NCBI GenBank assembly: GCA_023213395.1
Contig: CM041465.1
Coordinates: 165,237,741 to 165,301,740 of the forward strand
Source of the DNA: Cycas panzhihuaensis
Taxonomy: Eukaryota; Plantae; Cycadophyta
Length of the DNA: 64,000 nt
Reading direction: 5' to 3'
Shown: positions 48,560 through 63,257 of the stretch, in pieces
Layout: each line of letters starts with the position of its first letter
Position numbering within the stretch: the first letter of the stretch is position 1
Translations under genes and position numbers: made by a program
Notes under the pieces: model-generated
Seen by the model: only the letters and a program-made list of their open reading frames with translations
Databases searched by the model: none
What the model was told of the DNA's origin: nothing

Positions 48560-50359
48560 TACAGTTTTACTTTCTGGTATATTCGTCATTATGTTAGTGG
48601 CTTTGGCCTTTCCTTTACAATCCTCTGTCTTATGCTCACTTGGGCCATAGTTACTGTATATAAATGGTTTATGTTCATATTCTTATTTAGTTGGGCATTC
48701 AGACTTCCAGTGCCCAAATTGTAAACAAATGAGGCATCTTCCCATGGGTTATTTCTTTCTCGAGGGCTCCTGTGTACCCATCGTTGTGTAAACATTCTAA
48801 GGTGGATTGCCTTCCCTTCCCCTACTTCATCCTCTGTAGGCTTTCCCTCTGGGATTATAGAAATAATCTTTAGTCATATGCATATCTACATCGCATATGT
48901 GGCACCATTTGTCCCTTTGGTGCAACGCGCTATTCTTTGCATTAAGTTCACATTCTTTGGTCGTATGTGAATTCTCTTCACAGATATGGCACCATTTGGT
49001 TACTCTGCTTGTATGGTCTTTTTTCTTTATCGTTTCTTCTTCTCTACTATTTCTTATTTTTAACCTTGCCACTTCCTTTCTTAGGGCTTCTAGTTCTGAT
49101 TCCTCTTATGCTACTCCCACCTGGCAGAAGGGTCGATTATACTAGTTTTGCTTGAGTTCCCTAATTTCCTCTTACAATCTTAATAAGAGGGAGTTGTGTC
49201 CTCCTGCCTGTACATCCATCTCCATTTCAAAGTCTAATGCTAAATCTTGGGCATTTTTAAATGATTTCAATGGATGGGCATGCATCATGGCTCTCAGTTT
49301 TTCATTCAATCCCCTAACAAAATAATTCTTGATATTGTGGTCAATTACCGTTTCATTGATCATACTGACCACAATGATTTTCATTCTTCTGATATAAGTT
49401 AACACTGATTCTTCTGGTCTTTGTTTGATTTCCCTTAGGGCAATTTCCACTACTTCGTTACTATGGAATTTTTAGAATCTTTCTTCAAAGGATTTCTTGA
49501 TTTTTGTGCATGAGTCATTCTTGTTTACCTCTTTATACCATGCCAATGGTACTCCCCTTAGTGTACAGGTGAATCTGGCTTTTATCTCATCTTTGTCTTT
49601 AATCTTTTTCACATCAATCAGATTCTGAAAGAGGTACACATATTCTGCTGCATTCGAAGTGTCATTGAAAATCAACTTTCCAAAGTCTCTATAATCATCC
49701 ATCTTGGGGGATTGTAATGGTATCCCACTTGATGGTGATTCTTCCCTTTTCTTCTCCTTTGGGGATGTACTTAGAGTGCCTACTACAGTATTATCCTTCC
49801 CAAATAATAGATTCTTAAATGGGGCTTTGATATATATAGGTTGTACTACACCTGGTACTTGTATTATTAATGGTATCACTGTTATATATGATTGATTAGA
49901 TCCCTTTTCTGATGAATCCTCAAAAAGCTGTCTTGTAAGCTTATTTTTCCAATATGCCAAGGGACCTTCCTTCACCTTCTTTTTGCTATCACTTAGGTCC
50001 TTTGGACTGTCCTCCATAGGTATACTTCCCTCTTTTAAAGTTTGTTTATGTTCCTCATTCACCTTTGATTTTTCTTCATATTCTGGGCTAAACAGGTCAT
50101 CTTTGATTGGGGCTAGTGTTATTACCATACATTCGCCATTAGTTCCCTCTTCTTGTTCTTGAGGTGTTTAGGCTCCACTTGCCTTAGATTCTTCAATGGA
50201 CTGTCCCTTAGTCTCGTTGTTCTGCGAACTTAATCTCCTTACCCTTCTTAGTTTTGATTCCTTCAACCATTGTAATGCCCTTTGTCTGCTTATTTCATTT
50301 CCTTTGGGTGAAGTATCTTTTTGTGGCTCTTCTACCTTTGAAGGCCTCTTAGGTGGCAT
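48560..50359 (-). pseudogene. gag of H with four zinc knuckles
   Basis: FTCTLRGVPLAWY, IKQRPEESVLTYIRRM, YFVRGL; CHIC..H..C motifs at 48600-49000. Confidence 0.9.
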
Positions 50360-50485
50360 TGGAAGGTCCCCTGGCTGCCGGAGGCTTAGTTACAGCCTGC
50401 CATCATGACGACAGCCAGGGTCCTCTGCCCTTTACACATTCCTCTTTTTGAGACTCCTGGGCCTTCTCCCTCCTTAATGGACGTA

Positions 50486-50498
50486 GGCAACGAAACCA
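50486..50498 (-). promoter_or_regulatory. PBS of H, partial match to the tRNA-Asp type
   Basis: TGGTTTCGTTGCC, 1 nt from the LTR, versus canonical TGGCGCCGTTGCC. Confidence 0.55.
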
Positions 50499-50499
50499 A

Positions 50500-51335
50500 T
50501 GTTGACTCAAATTTCCCACTGTACTTATGGGAAAGGTATACTTATCAAGGTTACAGGCTATAATCTAGTTAGGATACAGTCAACATGGTTATCCATATAC
50601 ATTCCATAGATTCATTAATGTTTCCACATAATTATACCATAGAAGTACACAGTAGCACATAAATCAGCACATATTTAGCATCCCATCCTTATAAACATAG
50701 AGAATATAAGGCTTTCCATGTAACTTCTTATTTTATTAAGCAATATTTCTTTACACAAGGTGCTGGAATGCATTCCCTATGCATTCCAACCTTATACACT
50801 AACTCTGTCACATACGTACCCAGGAGGTACCTATCAAATACACAGCTTCAGGCTACTGTCATGCGTACCAATCTTTGTACCAATGTATGCTGGTATACTC
50901 GACTCTCACCCTAATCGAATGGTCCTTAGGAAGTCACTTAAATACGGTCCTTGGTGTGTTTTTGCTGAAGGGCTATGACTATCTGTCATAACTGTACCTT
51001 TTCCATAATGGGTACCTCTTCCTAACCATTAGTTAGATTCCTTAATCACTGTCTTAACTCGTCTATAAGTCTGTACATATATCTGACGTCACTCTAGGCT
51101 CCCTTCTATCTAGTCTTTCCATGCGTACCGATCCTATTCGCTTGCATTCTGTCCAGAGGTACGTATCTGTGTTGCATACCTTATTAGGTACAGACCTGTC
51201 ATATGTACCCAGAATATTGAATTCTCTATTTTTTGCTGCATGCATACTTTCGTACAGTCTATACCTACACAATCCAAGGAAAATTGGCTCCTCTCTGGTT
51301 GCCCATAGCCCAACGTGTCACATTATGCTCCAACA
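50500..51335 (-). repeat. 5' LTR of H
   Basis: Direct repeat of 40816-41653. Confidence 0.95.
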
Positions 51336-52129
51336 ACAACAACTAAGATTTGTGGGTAATTGTCATAACTTACTTAAGTATGTATAAATACCTTTTTATT
51401 ATGAATAAAGATATAGGAGGGATTTCTTTTATATTTTGCTATTGTTATTCTTCCTTTTAGTCTGCATTGCTTACTAACTAGCACATCTGGGAACATACCT
51501 CTATGATATAAGTGTGGACAAGAGGGAAGTATTTTTGTCTATAGGGGAAGCACTCTAAGATGACAACTCTATATTAATAGATAGTTTTTGGCCTATTTTC
51601 TAAACTTCTACTTCATTATAGGATTTCTAATAGAACCAATTAAATAGAAGGCTAATAAATAAAACCATTATTCAAAGTTTCTTATTCTCTACTAAGCCCT
51701 AGTTTAGGCAACTTCCTAATTTCCTAGCTCACAAGTTCATATGCCTTGGGTTGACAAGATTTTTATAATGGTTTTTGTGTAAATTTTATTGGAGTTGCAA
51801 CACTACTTAAGAGAAATCATTTTGGCACCATTACCAAGGAGTCTAGTGACCAAAACTTGGAGATTGTATAGAGAAGTAAGCATTGTGACCTTTTAAAAAA
51901 TTTAGGAATGATTGGTAGACCCAAAGATGCCTTGGGGAGATTCATAACAGAGCATTCTTAGGTGTCTCCTAATAAATCCCAAAGGAGGAATAAGAAGATA
52001 ATCCTACATAAGAGAAAATAAGCAAGAAAATAAAAAAATGAATCATAGTTTAAGACTTAAATATCGAAGCATAAGATATTAGGTTCCCAATCACATTTGA
52101 ATAGGGGGACCAATCAGGGAAAATAAAGG

Positions 52130-54639
52130 GGACTCCATAAAATCTTCTACAATTTTATGATAAGAAGTTTAAAGATCCTAATGCCTTCCTTTTCGAATTT
52201 GATGTACTCTATAGAAGTCATGGCTAGTTATTAGTTGCCCAATAGTTAAAATTATTTCTCTCTACATTGAAAGATAATGTACTTTGTTGGTTCATGACCA
52301 TGCCTTCTAGATCCATTTACTTATGAAATGAAATGAAGGAACTATTTTTCAAAAAACAAAGGGCATTTTAGTCAGGTGAAGACTTAAAAATATAAATTCT
52401 ATAAACCAAGTAAAGGGAGGATGAAACTATAAAATATTACATTAAGAGAATGGAGTACTTACTTTAGTGTTGTCCTAATCACGGGTATCTAGAGAGTACA
52501 ATCAAAACTATGTTCCTAATTGAGGTAAATAATTCTATATAGATGTGGCTAGAACTCTTGAGGGTAATTAAGTCTCTAACAACCCCTTTTAAACATTTGA
52601 AGAATCCATGTGTTAAGTATAACAAGGCCATGATCAATGAGAAACTAGGGAACCAAGGTTGCCTGAATTAATTGAGTCTATGCTATTAACAATGAGCCTA
52701 TTATAAATCCTATTTGAGAATGGAACTAAAAAATGCATTGGGAGATGTAAAGTAGGAAGTACTTTTAACTATAGGATAACAACTTATATATTTGGAGATA
52801 AAGTGGGAACAAGAGTACCTCTTTGGTAATAAAATCAAGTCACAAGGTGTAACATGAAGTGGAGATTTAAGATTTAGAAGAAGAAGTAGTACACACTACA
52901 ATTGTCCATGACTAGAGGGGTTTGATAAAGTGGTAGCAACTATGGTTTTAAGGACAACGAAGGTAATGATAATTTCAAATTAGGATACACCCCTTTAACC
53001 CACATAATTTACCATTTTAAGGGTATTTTAATGGTCCTTCGCAATCTTATTTTCACAAGAGAATATATACTTTTCTATTTTAGAGCTAGCATATTCATAT
53101 ATCTATAGAAATTTTGTTGCACATAGACAAAATGTCCCTTGTATATTTCTATAAAACCCATGTCTTATTGTACTAAATATATTTAAAAACCAACATGAAT
53201 TTCAAAATTTATGGTAATAATTTCCTTATAATTTCTAGTAACCATTTAATACTCCATCAAATTCACAATATAAATTTATACAACAATAATTTAATAATTA
53301 TATGGGTTAGATTTTTTATAAAGAATTACTACTACATTTTATTTTTTTACCCTATAATGTACCCCTACATCATAACACATCTCTAACATTAACTTTCCCC
53401 ACCTAATTTATTCAAAATCTAAGAGGACTAAAGTAGAAGATATAAAATGTTACTTTTATTGACTATTATATGGAATAATAACCATAATAATTGTTGAATG
53501 ATTGGGTACCTTTCTAGATAAGTGAAGTTATTCACTATGATATCATCCAAACTTTATTTGGTATGCAACTATGAGAATCTCCCAGTTCTAAAAATAGACA
53601 TTGGAGAAGTTGCCATTGTAATAATATGTTGAGGAGGAATAGGGAAATTGAGTACTAGGTCATGCTACCAATCAATATGATATAAAAGAGTAGATAGGTT
53701 AACAGGTGCCCTACCTCACTAGATTGAAATAATAGACTTTATAAGAATTGTAGGGTTCTATTATTTTAAGAGAGAAGTCAAGAATATATACATACACATA
53801 CTTTTACTACATTCTATCAAAGATAATCTATGCAAAGCACATTAAGGACTTATATTTGGGTTTGAAAAAAGAAAATAATAACCAAAATCAATTACCTTGA
53901 TGGGAATTATAACCAACCTAATCTAAAGTAAAAATTTGCTTATGAAGTATGACAATCCTAGAAGCCCAGAAGTTGATATTATAATTGAGGGTACTAAATT
54001 AAAATGGGAATTAGTTAATATAAGAGTAGGAATAAATTTAATGACATTAAAGAGTAGACAACATCTTAACCCTAAGGGATTTAACTAACCTACATGATGC
54101 TTTTGATGGCAAATAAATTAGTGGTGCAGTTAGAAGGAGTTTTGATGGACATTTATATTTAAGTTTATTACTAAAATTTTCTAGTAGAGTTCTTGGTTAT
54201 CCAACATAAGGGGGATATAGAAGGTTACCCAATCTTTTTGGGTCAGCTTTGGTTGGTGATAATGGATGTAATCATTGTGTTTCAATTAAAGAAAATACTA
54301 ATTGATAATGGTGAATAAACACAAGAGGTTTCTCTTTTTATAATAATGCCTCTTGTGTCACCTATAGTAGCTCGTAATCAAGAGTAATCAAAGTGGATTG
54401 ATTTTGATGATGAAGATGAGGACCTTAATGGATATAAGTTCCTAAGAATAAAATGGAATGAAGCAGATACCATATACCAAAACTTAGGCATGGGTAAGTA
54501 CATAGAGAAACCTTTAGCTTAATGAGATGTAGAAGTAGGGCAATAAGTAATTGATGAATTTAAAACTTATAATTAAGAAATTATAGATAACAAGGAAATT
54601 ATATCTCTATATTCCATTGAAGTAGAATTGAATGATGTG
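52130..54639 (+). pseudogene. Decayed gag-PR of Gypsy element I (non-chromovirus), cut by J; its probable 5' LTR (~40670-40815 plus 51341-~51570) is split by H
   Basis: DPNAFLFEFDVLYRSHG..LKLFLSTLKDNVLCWFM (gag); PEVDIIIEG..GINLMT..LEGVLMDI..GYPIFLGQLWL (PR); LTR limits uncertain. Confidence 0.75.
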
Positions 54640-55059
54640 TATAGTGTGCTTGCATAATCTTTTAAAAATAAAGAGAGAAAAAGTAGAATAGAATACCCAA
54701 AATATAGCTATGATACTAGCAATTTAGAGAAGTATGAAATATCTATGACTAATATCTACTAAATAATAGAAAATATTAGTAAAATTGTGAAGTGTAAATG
54801 ATAAGATAATACCTAGTAGTGCTTTCTCTTTGAGGTGAGGTTCCCTCTAAGGAAAATGTAGGCCTAAGTTTGAAATTAAAGGCCAAGACTTTGATTCTAA
54901 TGAGTTAGAGTGAGTCCTAATATCCCTTTATATAAGTAGGTTGTAATCTAGGTGAAGGTCAACCAAAATATAGAATGTAATTTGGCCAAAATTAAGGGTT
55001 TTCTGGACTATTTAAGGTTGGCCTAACAAGTAGAAGGAATGCTTGAAGTCCCTCCCCCT

Positions 55060-58000
55060 AAAACCATGCTTTGACATCAAATCATGGGAAATTTCAAATG
55101 TTGGCTAATCCATTCTTTTGATTCCCATGTGACATCTTTTGAATCTAAAGTCTTCTATTTAATGAGATGCTCCTTTATTTCTATGGAACATAACTATTTA
55201 GTTCAGAGATCCTTATAATTCCCTTGGGTTCTAGAATGATCTTTCCTTCTTCATCTAATTTTAGGATTGTGGTTTATGGGGTGATATTTTCCTTAAGTTT
55301 TTATTTAAGACATGATAAATGAAAAACATCATGAATACAACTTCTTTATGGTAAGGTTAATTAATATGTTACTTCTCTAATCTTATTGAGGATTTGGTAT
55401 GGTCTAAAAAATCTAGGGTCTAGCTTTTGTTTACTAGTTAGTCTCATTATCGACTACCGATATGGTTGCAATCTTAAAAATACTCAGTCACCTACTAAGA
55501 AAAATCTCATTGACCTAGTTGATGTGCTAGTTGCTTCATTCGATCTCTCACCATATTCAAATTATCTTTTAGTACTTAAAGTGTTTGGTCCATTTATTCT
55601 TGTTGTTCTTGAACTATTTATACTTATGATATCTTGGGCCATGTAAGATGGGATGGTGGCTCAAAACCATAGAGAACTTTGAATAGAGTCATCTTTGTTG
55701 TTGTATGGTACGTGGTATTATATCACCATCCAACTAGATGTAGCCATTTATGCTATATCTATTATTTATTAGAGGTGAAATTCTATAGGTATCCTTCTAA
55801 GAATTTATTTACAACTTCTATTTGTCCATCTATTTATGGGTAGTACGATGTACTCATGGATAATTTCATTTTTGTTGATTTGAACAAGTCCTACAAAAAA
55901 TGACTCGTAAGCTTTGGATCACAATCATTGATTATAACCTTAGGGAGACTACGTAATTAATGCATTTCTTTCATGAATATTTCTATTACTTGGCTTGGCT
56001 TAGCCATGGATTATATTCCCTTGAAATGCACATAATTTATGAGCTAATTGATAACCGCAAAAATAATATCTTTACCTTCTAACTTTATGATGAAGTCCAT
56101 TGATATTTCTTGCCATTTTTGGTGTGGAATTAGTAAAAATTAGAGCAATATAGTAATTTTTATATTCTCACTTTTATTCCTTTGCAAAGGGTCAAATTCT
56201 ACTATGAATTTGAGAACATCAACTTTCATTCTCTTCTAAAAGAAAGAGCTTTGTATCCTGTGATAGGTTTTATCAATTCCCATGTGTCATGTGCTTAGGA
56301 TAGAATGGGCTTCTTCTAATAATTTCTCCTCTATCTTGGAGAAGCCTGGAATAAATATTTTATTTTCCATAGAATTAAATCTCCTTGTAGCTTATACTTA
56401 GCGTCTTCCTAGTTCTTAATCTCCTTTAATATCTTTTGGGAGAGAGGGTTACTTTAGTAGTCTTAGATTGGTTTACCTATCTAGTTAGGAATGTCTACTA
56501 ACATTAGTTGTGAGATTTCTCTACTATTGTTCTTTAGCATTCATGTTAATACATCCATAATAACATTTTCTTTCCCCTTTTTATATAAGATCCTAAAATC
56601 AAATGTCTAAAGCTTGTTAACCCACTTTTGCTGTTCATTTGAGAGATTTTTCTAGTTGAGAAAATAGTTGAGACTATCGTGCTTTGTTTTTACTATAAAT
56701 TTATTTCCAAGTAAGTATTAATATCATTAGTGGATGGCATGTATAATTATAAGCATTTCTTCATCATATATAGGTTTTAGTTGCTCCTTACTATTTAAGT
56801 TTTTACATTCATATGCTATTGGTCACTCATTTTGAAAGAGGACTACCCCTATCCCTGTTCATGATGCATTATACTCTAAAGTGAAGGATTAGGAGAAATC
56901 TAGAGCTACAAGCATAAGGGTAGTGATCATGGCCTTTTTGAGATCTTGAAAAGCATTCTCTATGGTGGAGTTCCAATTAAAAGCATCTTTCTTAGTGAGA
57001 TGTATTAAAGGTGATGTAATGTAGGTGTAACCTTTAATAAATTTCCCAAGAAATCTAACTACACTTAAAAAAGCCTGGATCCCTATCACATTCTTAGGGA
57101 TTGGCCAGTTGATGATAACTTAAAAATTATTGGGATCCATCCTTATCCTTTCTTGTGTGATGATGTTTCCTAGATATTCAAGTTTCATTCTCCCAAAGGT
57201 GCATTTTTTATTATTAGCAAAAAACTAATTGCTCTTTAGAATCTATAAAATAACCTTGATATGCTCTAAGCACTCCATCTATGTTATGGTATAAATTAAG
57301 ATTTCATCAAAGAAAACTAATATAAATTTCCATAAGAAAGGTTTTAATGTGGTATTCATAGTGCTTTACAAGGTTGTTAGGGTGTTAGTTAAACCAAATG
57401 ACATAACTCTAAATTTGAATAATCCTTCATATGTGTAGAATCTTGTCTTATATATATCTTTTGCTTTGATGTGAATATGATAATATCCTAATCGAAGGTC
57501 AATTTTCAAGAAATAATTTGCTCCATGTATTTCATCTAGTAAGTCATATATTTATAGGATGGAATAGTAATTCTTGATCATAATTTTGTTTAGGCCCCTA
57601 TAGTTAATGCATATATGATAAGTCCTATCATTTTCTTATTTTAATATGATTGGAGATGTAAATGGGCTAGCGTTTTTTGTAATATTTTCTTGGTACAAAA
57701 GGTCCTTAATTATTTGCTTGATTTCTCTCTTAAGATGATAGGGATGGTGACATGGAAAAATGTTTACTAATACTACTTTTAGTACTAATTCAATAGCGAG
57801 TTAGCAACCACAATCTAGAGGAAGCTCCAATAGGAGTTCCTCGAATACTAAGCTATATTAGTCTATGATTTCTTAAACCTTGGCGAGAATATCTTCTATC
57901 ATGATCTTATAATATGTTATTATATACATGGATAGGTTCTTCTTTAATATCTTCTCCATGCGATGCGATGATACTAACTATATTAGAGGTATAGGAGGAG

Positions 58001-59680
58001 TTTGTAGCATATAACAATGCCCCTTTTAGTGAAAGCTCATGAATTGTATTCTATAATTTGTGACCATATTCCCTAGTATTTATAACCATTGTATCCCTAA
58101 CACAACATCAACTCCTCCTACTACTATTACAAACATGTAGGTGATTACTAAGTAATATTTAATCTGGAGGTTCACCTTTTAATAATACCCTCTGCAAGTC
58201 ATGGATTTCCCATCGACAATGATAACCTAGAAAGCGTTAAGTGCTTTTATGGGTAATCCTAATTTCTCTATTATTATTTAATTAATAAAGTTGTGAATAC
58301 TCCCATTATTAATCAGAATGGAAAGTGGTGTCCATTGGATTAGCCCCTAGAACTATAATGTTTGAGGGATGTCACTTTATCCCATGACAGCCTAAAATGA
58401 TATATATATGTTCTTAGTATCTAAATCCAAAAGGTCTTCTATTCCAATTTTCTCATTTTCTTTTGGAGTCTTTCCTTCTCCTTCTTCTTCTACAATAGTC
58501 ATCTCTTCATTTTGGTTCATAAAGACCTTCTTTCTTAGGCATTGATGGTCTTTATTCCATTTTCTTATGCACTTATAGTATGTTCCTCTCTTAAGATGCT
58601 CTTCTCTTAATACCCCGCTTGTTTCATTTGTACTTCTTCCTATGATTTGTAGGTCTACTTTTGTCCTTGACTTGGTCCAATTACGATTAGAGCCAGAGTT
58701 TTAGTAGAATATTGGCTCACTCTAATAAATATAAGTAGGTTTACTTCCCTTAAATTTAGCTTCAATATTTTATGTGAGAGTGATTACTTCTCTTATATTA
58801 GTGGCCCTCATTATTTTAATGTGATACTTGATGTGGTCTTTAAGCCCATTGATGTATGTTTATATGATGCACTCAACTGATATGTGATCAATGATCAAGT
58901 AATGAAGGGCTTAGAACTACTATATATATGTTTGAACTATTCCATTTTGTTATAACTAGGTTAGTTAAGTAAAGTGGTCTATATTCCATGAGTCTTTGTA
59001 TTGGTCTCTTAACCCTACCTTTAAGGATTGCTAAGATTCAATGGAAATATTTGTGTGGACTTTCATCTACTTATGAAACCATCTCAAAGCTTTTTTGTAT
59101 AAGTGGAGAGAAGTTGTTAAGACTTTATCTTTGTTGGATAATCTATAGACTTGAAAATAGGTTTTTATCTACACTATCTAGCTTTGGATACCCCTTGATC
59201 TGTCTAGGTTAAACTTCTCTAATATAAATTTTGTTCCCTTAAGATTATTATTTGAGTCAAAATTCCTCTGGTTCCTTTATTGGAAATCTCTTAGGTTTTT
59301 ATATTCTATCCTGGCAGTCCCTTTAGTTCCTTTATTCTTAGAATTCTTTACTAATTTCTTTGATCCTTGAGGATCTTTCTACACCTAAAGATTCTCCCTC
59401 TAGTAATATTAGGTGCAATCTCCTAGTTATGCTAGCCATTAAAGATTTAAGGGAGGATTTCTAATTTGTTATATCATCATTTAAGTTGTCTATCTAATTG
59501 CTTATATTCCCTATTGATATCGATTGAGTGTTTACCATCTTGTTTTGTTAAAATATTCTTTTGTATCTTAACTCTGTATAGGGATGCAATGTGAAGATTT
59601 TGGGAAGGGGAAGGAGGGAGGGGTAATTTTGCTCTTTTTCCCTTAATTTTTCTTACTAAACTAGAAATATTTGCCATCAG
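55060..59680 (-). pseudogene. gag-PR-RT-RH-INT-chromodomain of J
   Basis: LINNGSIHNFI (PR); KIDLRLGYYHI and LVFFDEILIY (RT); LKPIYDEEML (RH); ISMDFII (INT); IKEHLIK*KTLDSKDVTWES (chromodomain, ~55120-55180). Confidence 0.88.
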
Positions 59681-60607
59681 GATAGCTTCCAATAAAGCTT
59701 TGATACCACTTGTAGTGTGCTTGAATAATCTTTTAGAAATAAAGAGAGTAAAAGTAGAATAAAATATCCAAAATATATCTTTGATACTAGCAATTTAGAG
59801 AAGTATGAAATATCTATGTCTAATATTTGTGAAATAATAGAAAATTATGGTAAAATTATGAAGTGTAAATTATTAGAAAATAAATTTATTATGAAAAATA
59901 ATACATGAATATGGTGAGTGAATGATAAAGCAATAAGGCACAAGAGAGACTAAGCATGTATAAGTTAATATAGTAAAATGAAAGAATAACTAAACCTCAA
60001 ATTAGAAAGAAGGATGATGTACATACTTATAATACAACTCATCACTTGTGTAAGAACCCTCATTGGTCAACTTGTTATGGGATGGCATATATTTCTATAT
60101 GGCACACAACTTAAGGAGATCTTAAATATAAAATACAAATAAATCTAAAGAGAGTATGAATGGGGATAATTATATAATTAATTATTACATTCAATATTTC
60201 CTTATTGTAATAGATAATTACATAAAGTGAAATATCACATCAAAGATATAAATCTAAGTCTTTAAATAAGTTTTAGAACATAAACTATTACAAGGATGTA
60301 ATTAGTTACTCACATCTATATGAAGAGAACTCCATTCACTGGACCACATTGGTAACCAACCACTGTGACTACTAGTTAGGTAGGATGTTCCTTTGTGTAT
60401 ATGGTGCAATCAACACCAAGTCAACTTCACCCTAGGAACATGCTGTCCTGTGTAGCCAAATAAGTAAGTTGATGAAGAAATATATAAGGGTAACTGAAAA
60501 GGAGTCCCACCTCGTACCTATATAGGACAATACAAGTATCTTCTTTAGCTTCAATGAGCAGAAAACAAATGGCTTTAAGGCCTTACAATCACACTATGTC
60601 CTCAACT

Positions 60608-60750
60608 TACCTCTATGGGCTTCAAATCATACCTCTATGGGCTAAAATAATGCCTCTATGGGTTACATCATGCCACTATGAGCTTATAACATGTCTCTAA
60701 AAGCTTCAACATACTTCAATTAGCTTATAATAACCTCTTTTGGCTAAAAT
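60608..60750. repeat. ~20-22-nt degenerate tandem repeat in K
   Basis: About 7 units resembling TACCTCTATGGGCTTCAAATCA. Confidence 0.8.
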
Positions 60751-63153
60751 GTCTAGTAATAATTGTCATAAATATGATTGAAAAAGTAGATGTGACTAAA
60801 ATACAATGTAAACAACTCTCTCAAATGATAAATTTTAATGATTTTTTAACAAGTATAGGTTCTCTAGAGTCTAAAATGAGGTTATATGATAAATTATACA
60901 TATTACCCGCCATTTGGGGTATACTATATTAATAGAATATAGAAGAAATGATATGGAACCTTAAAAAGTACATGTATATGCTTGTAAATGTTGAGAAAAT
61001 AAAGAAAAATAAAGTTTTTAAAAAAAAATTTGATTTTGAGGTGGAATATCTACATTAAATCAACTCCAAATACTAGTAAGTGACATGTTAAAATAGATCT
61101 CTATCAATTATGAACCCAATATAACTAACAAGACTAAAAATAGAGTTTGTATGCTTGAGTTACATGTAAGAAACTAATAATGACTCCTGAAAAGGTCAAA
61201 AAAATTAGGAGTATAAGCCCTTTCACTGACTGGATGACAGTCATATGAGTGCTCAATGTGACTAGGGGCTAAAGGGCCAGGGGGGTATAGGCTCAAAAAA
61301 ATATTAAATTTGATTAATGATATTTTTGCATTTACAAATACTATAAACCCTTCTTCATAAAATTTGATGTTTAGATAAAGATAATAATATGTCTATCCAA
61401 AGTAAAAACTTTAATTAATCAAATAAAATACCCCTAAATATTTAGGATTTTAATTTACCATTATTATTTCTATTTAAAAATTTTAGTGTAGCTACTATTA
61501 TTATTGGGCTTCTATTAGTAGGATGATGCAATGATGGAGACAATGTACAAGGCAACTATTATGAGTTTTGAGAGTGATGCATGATAAATGTATGGAATAA
61601 GCTCGATGATCTTTGATTGTAAGAGCGACTCAAGTAGGATGATGATGAGGAGGATGTTAAAGAGGTGTTTGATCGGGTTCATTCGATTTCCATGGAAGCT
61701 TGATGATAGGGGTGAAGTGACAAGGCATTCATAATTTTATTCAATATTTCAACATGTAGGGTTCTACCCTTTTTAGGTGTGAAGGGCTATTGGTACTTTG
61801 AGTAGCAATAACATCTTGTCATTTGCATGCTTATCCAACTTGGGCTCAAACCAAAGTAATATGCTTATTCTTTAGGAGAGTTGCACCAATGCATTCGACT
61901 CTACAAGTGATTGACTTGTAATTCTTACTTTGGCAAATATATCTTACCTAAACTTACTGCATTTATAGCATTAATCATATTAATAGATAGCCTTGTTTGA
62001 GGTACAAAGATATTTTCATTCAGTAAAGGAGGTTCCTTAAACACCCAAATATTAGAAGCCTTTTCTATAGGAAAACTATTCATCTATCCTCTAAGTGAAC
62101 ATCTCACTATATATATGTTAGAATTAGGCACTCCTCTAAAGAAACTAGAGTAACACTCTTTTTCAAAGGAATCATCAATTTGGTAATGAAAAAAATAAGG
62201 GAAGGTTAATGATGTCTTATTTTACATTGTTAAATCTACTATGAGGAGCTCCTTCTCTGTTTATAACATTTCTTACTAATGCTTTCATGCAAACAATCTT
62301 ATAATATTGACATTCTCATTCATTCCATATGATGAATTTGATATGTATGAACTGATAATATATGAATAGAGATACAAGAGCTACAACAACTAGGATGCCT
62401 TCTAATTCCTTATAGTCAACATGCTAAGGGTGATTTATTCTTCATTTATTTCTGCAACTATATTCAACTATTTTCTTCTCCACTTTTCATAGTTTTTTTT
62501 TTTTCCTTTTAGCATATACATATTAGATAAAAAATATTTTGGTGGCTTTAGATCTAGTAGTAGATCTTTATGATAGGATACTTGCAAAGGCCTTTAGATT
62601 GAGGCTTAAAAAATAGCCATAAAAGCATTTTTATACTAGTAGAATCTCATCATCTATAGGGTGATCAAGCTTGTAACTAGTGTTAAAATCTACCTCATTT
62701 CTTTTTTTGCAAACAATAGCTTCAAATTTAACATTTCTGTGACCTCCAAGAGAGCCTACATATAATAGTATAATAGGATACCACATGCATATATAATACT
62801 CATGAAAAACTTTTTAATGCATAAAAAAGATTTGTTATTTTGTACCTCCTTTTGTAGCTCCAAATAGGTTCAATAACAACTTTAAAAAATATTTATTTTA
62901 GCAACTTCATAAATTACTTCAAGACAGCCCTCAAAACAACATTTAAACTTCTTTAAATTAGGATTCAAATAACCCTTTTAGTAGCTACAAATAGCCTTCA
63001 AATAGTATTTAAAATAGCTTTAAAAAGAAACTTTTAACAACTTTAATTAAGTTTCAAAATAACCTTTTAATAGCTTCAGAATATCCCCTTAAAATTTTGA
63101 AAATTAGTGATAAATATAGCCCCAAATATAACTCAAATGATAGAAATCAATCC

Positions 63154-63257
<104 letters not shown>

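Larger units (their letters stand above)
40816..51335 (-). mobile_element. Ty3/Gypsy non-chromovirus element H (Athila/Phygy-like) with an extra 3' ORF
   Basis: LTRs 40816-41653 and 50500-51335; TSD ACAAC at 40811-40815 and 51336-51340; gag-PR-RT-RH-INT on the minus strand; no chromodomain or aRH seen. Confidence 0.95.

Noticed and set aside
60608-60750. Short repeat arrays as CRISPR-like (also 43100-43405 and ~40340-40430)
   Set aside because: Degenerate head-to-tail repeats without unique spacers, no cas genes, eukaryotic transposon context
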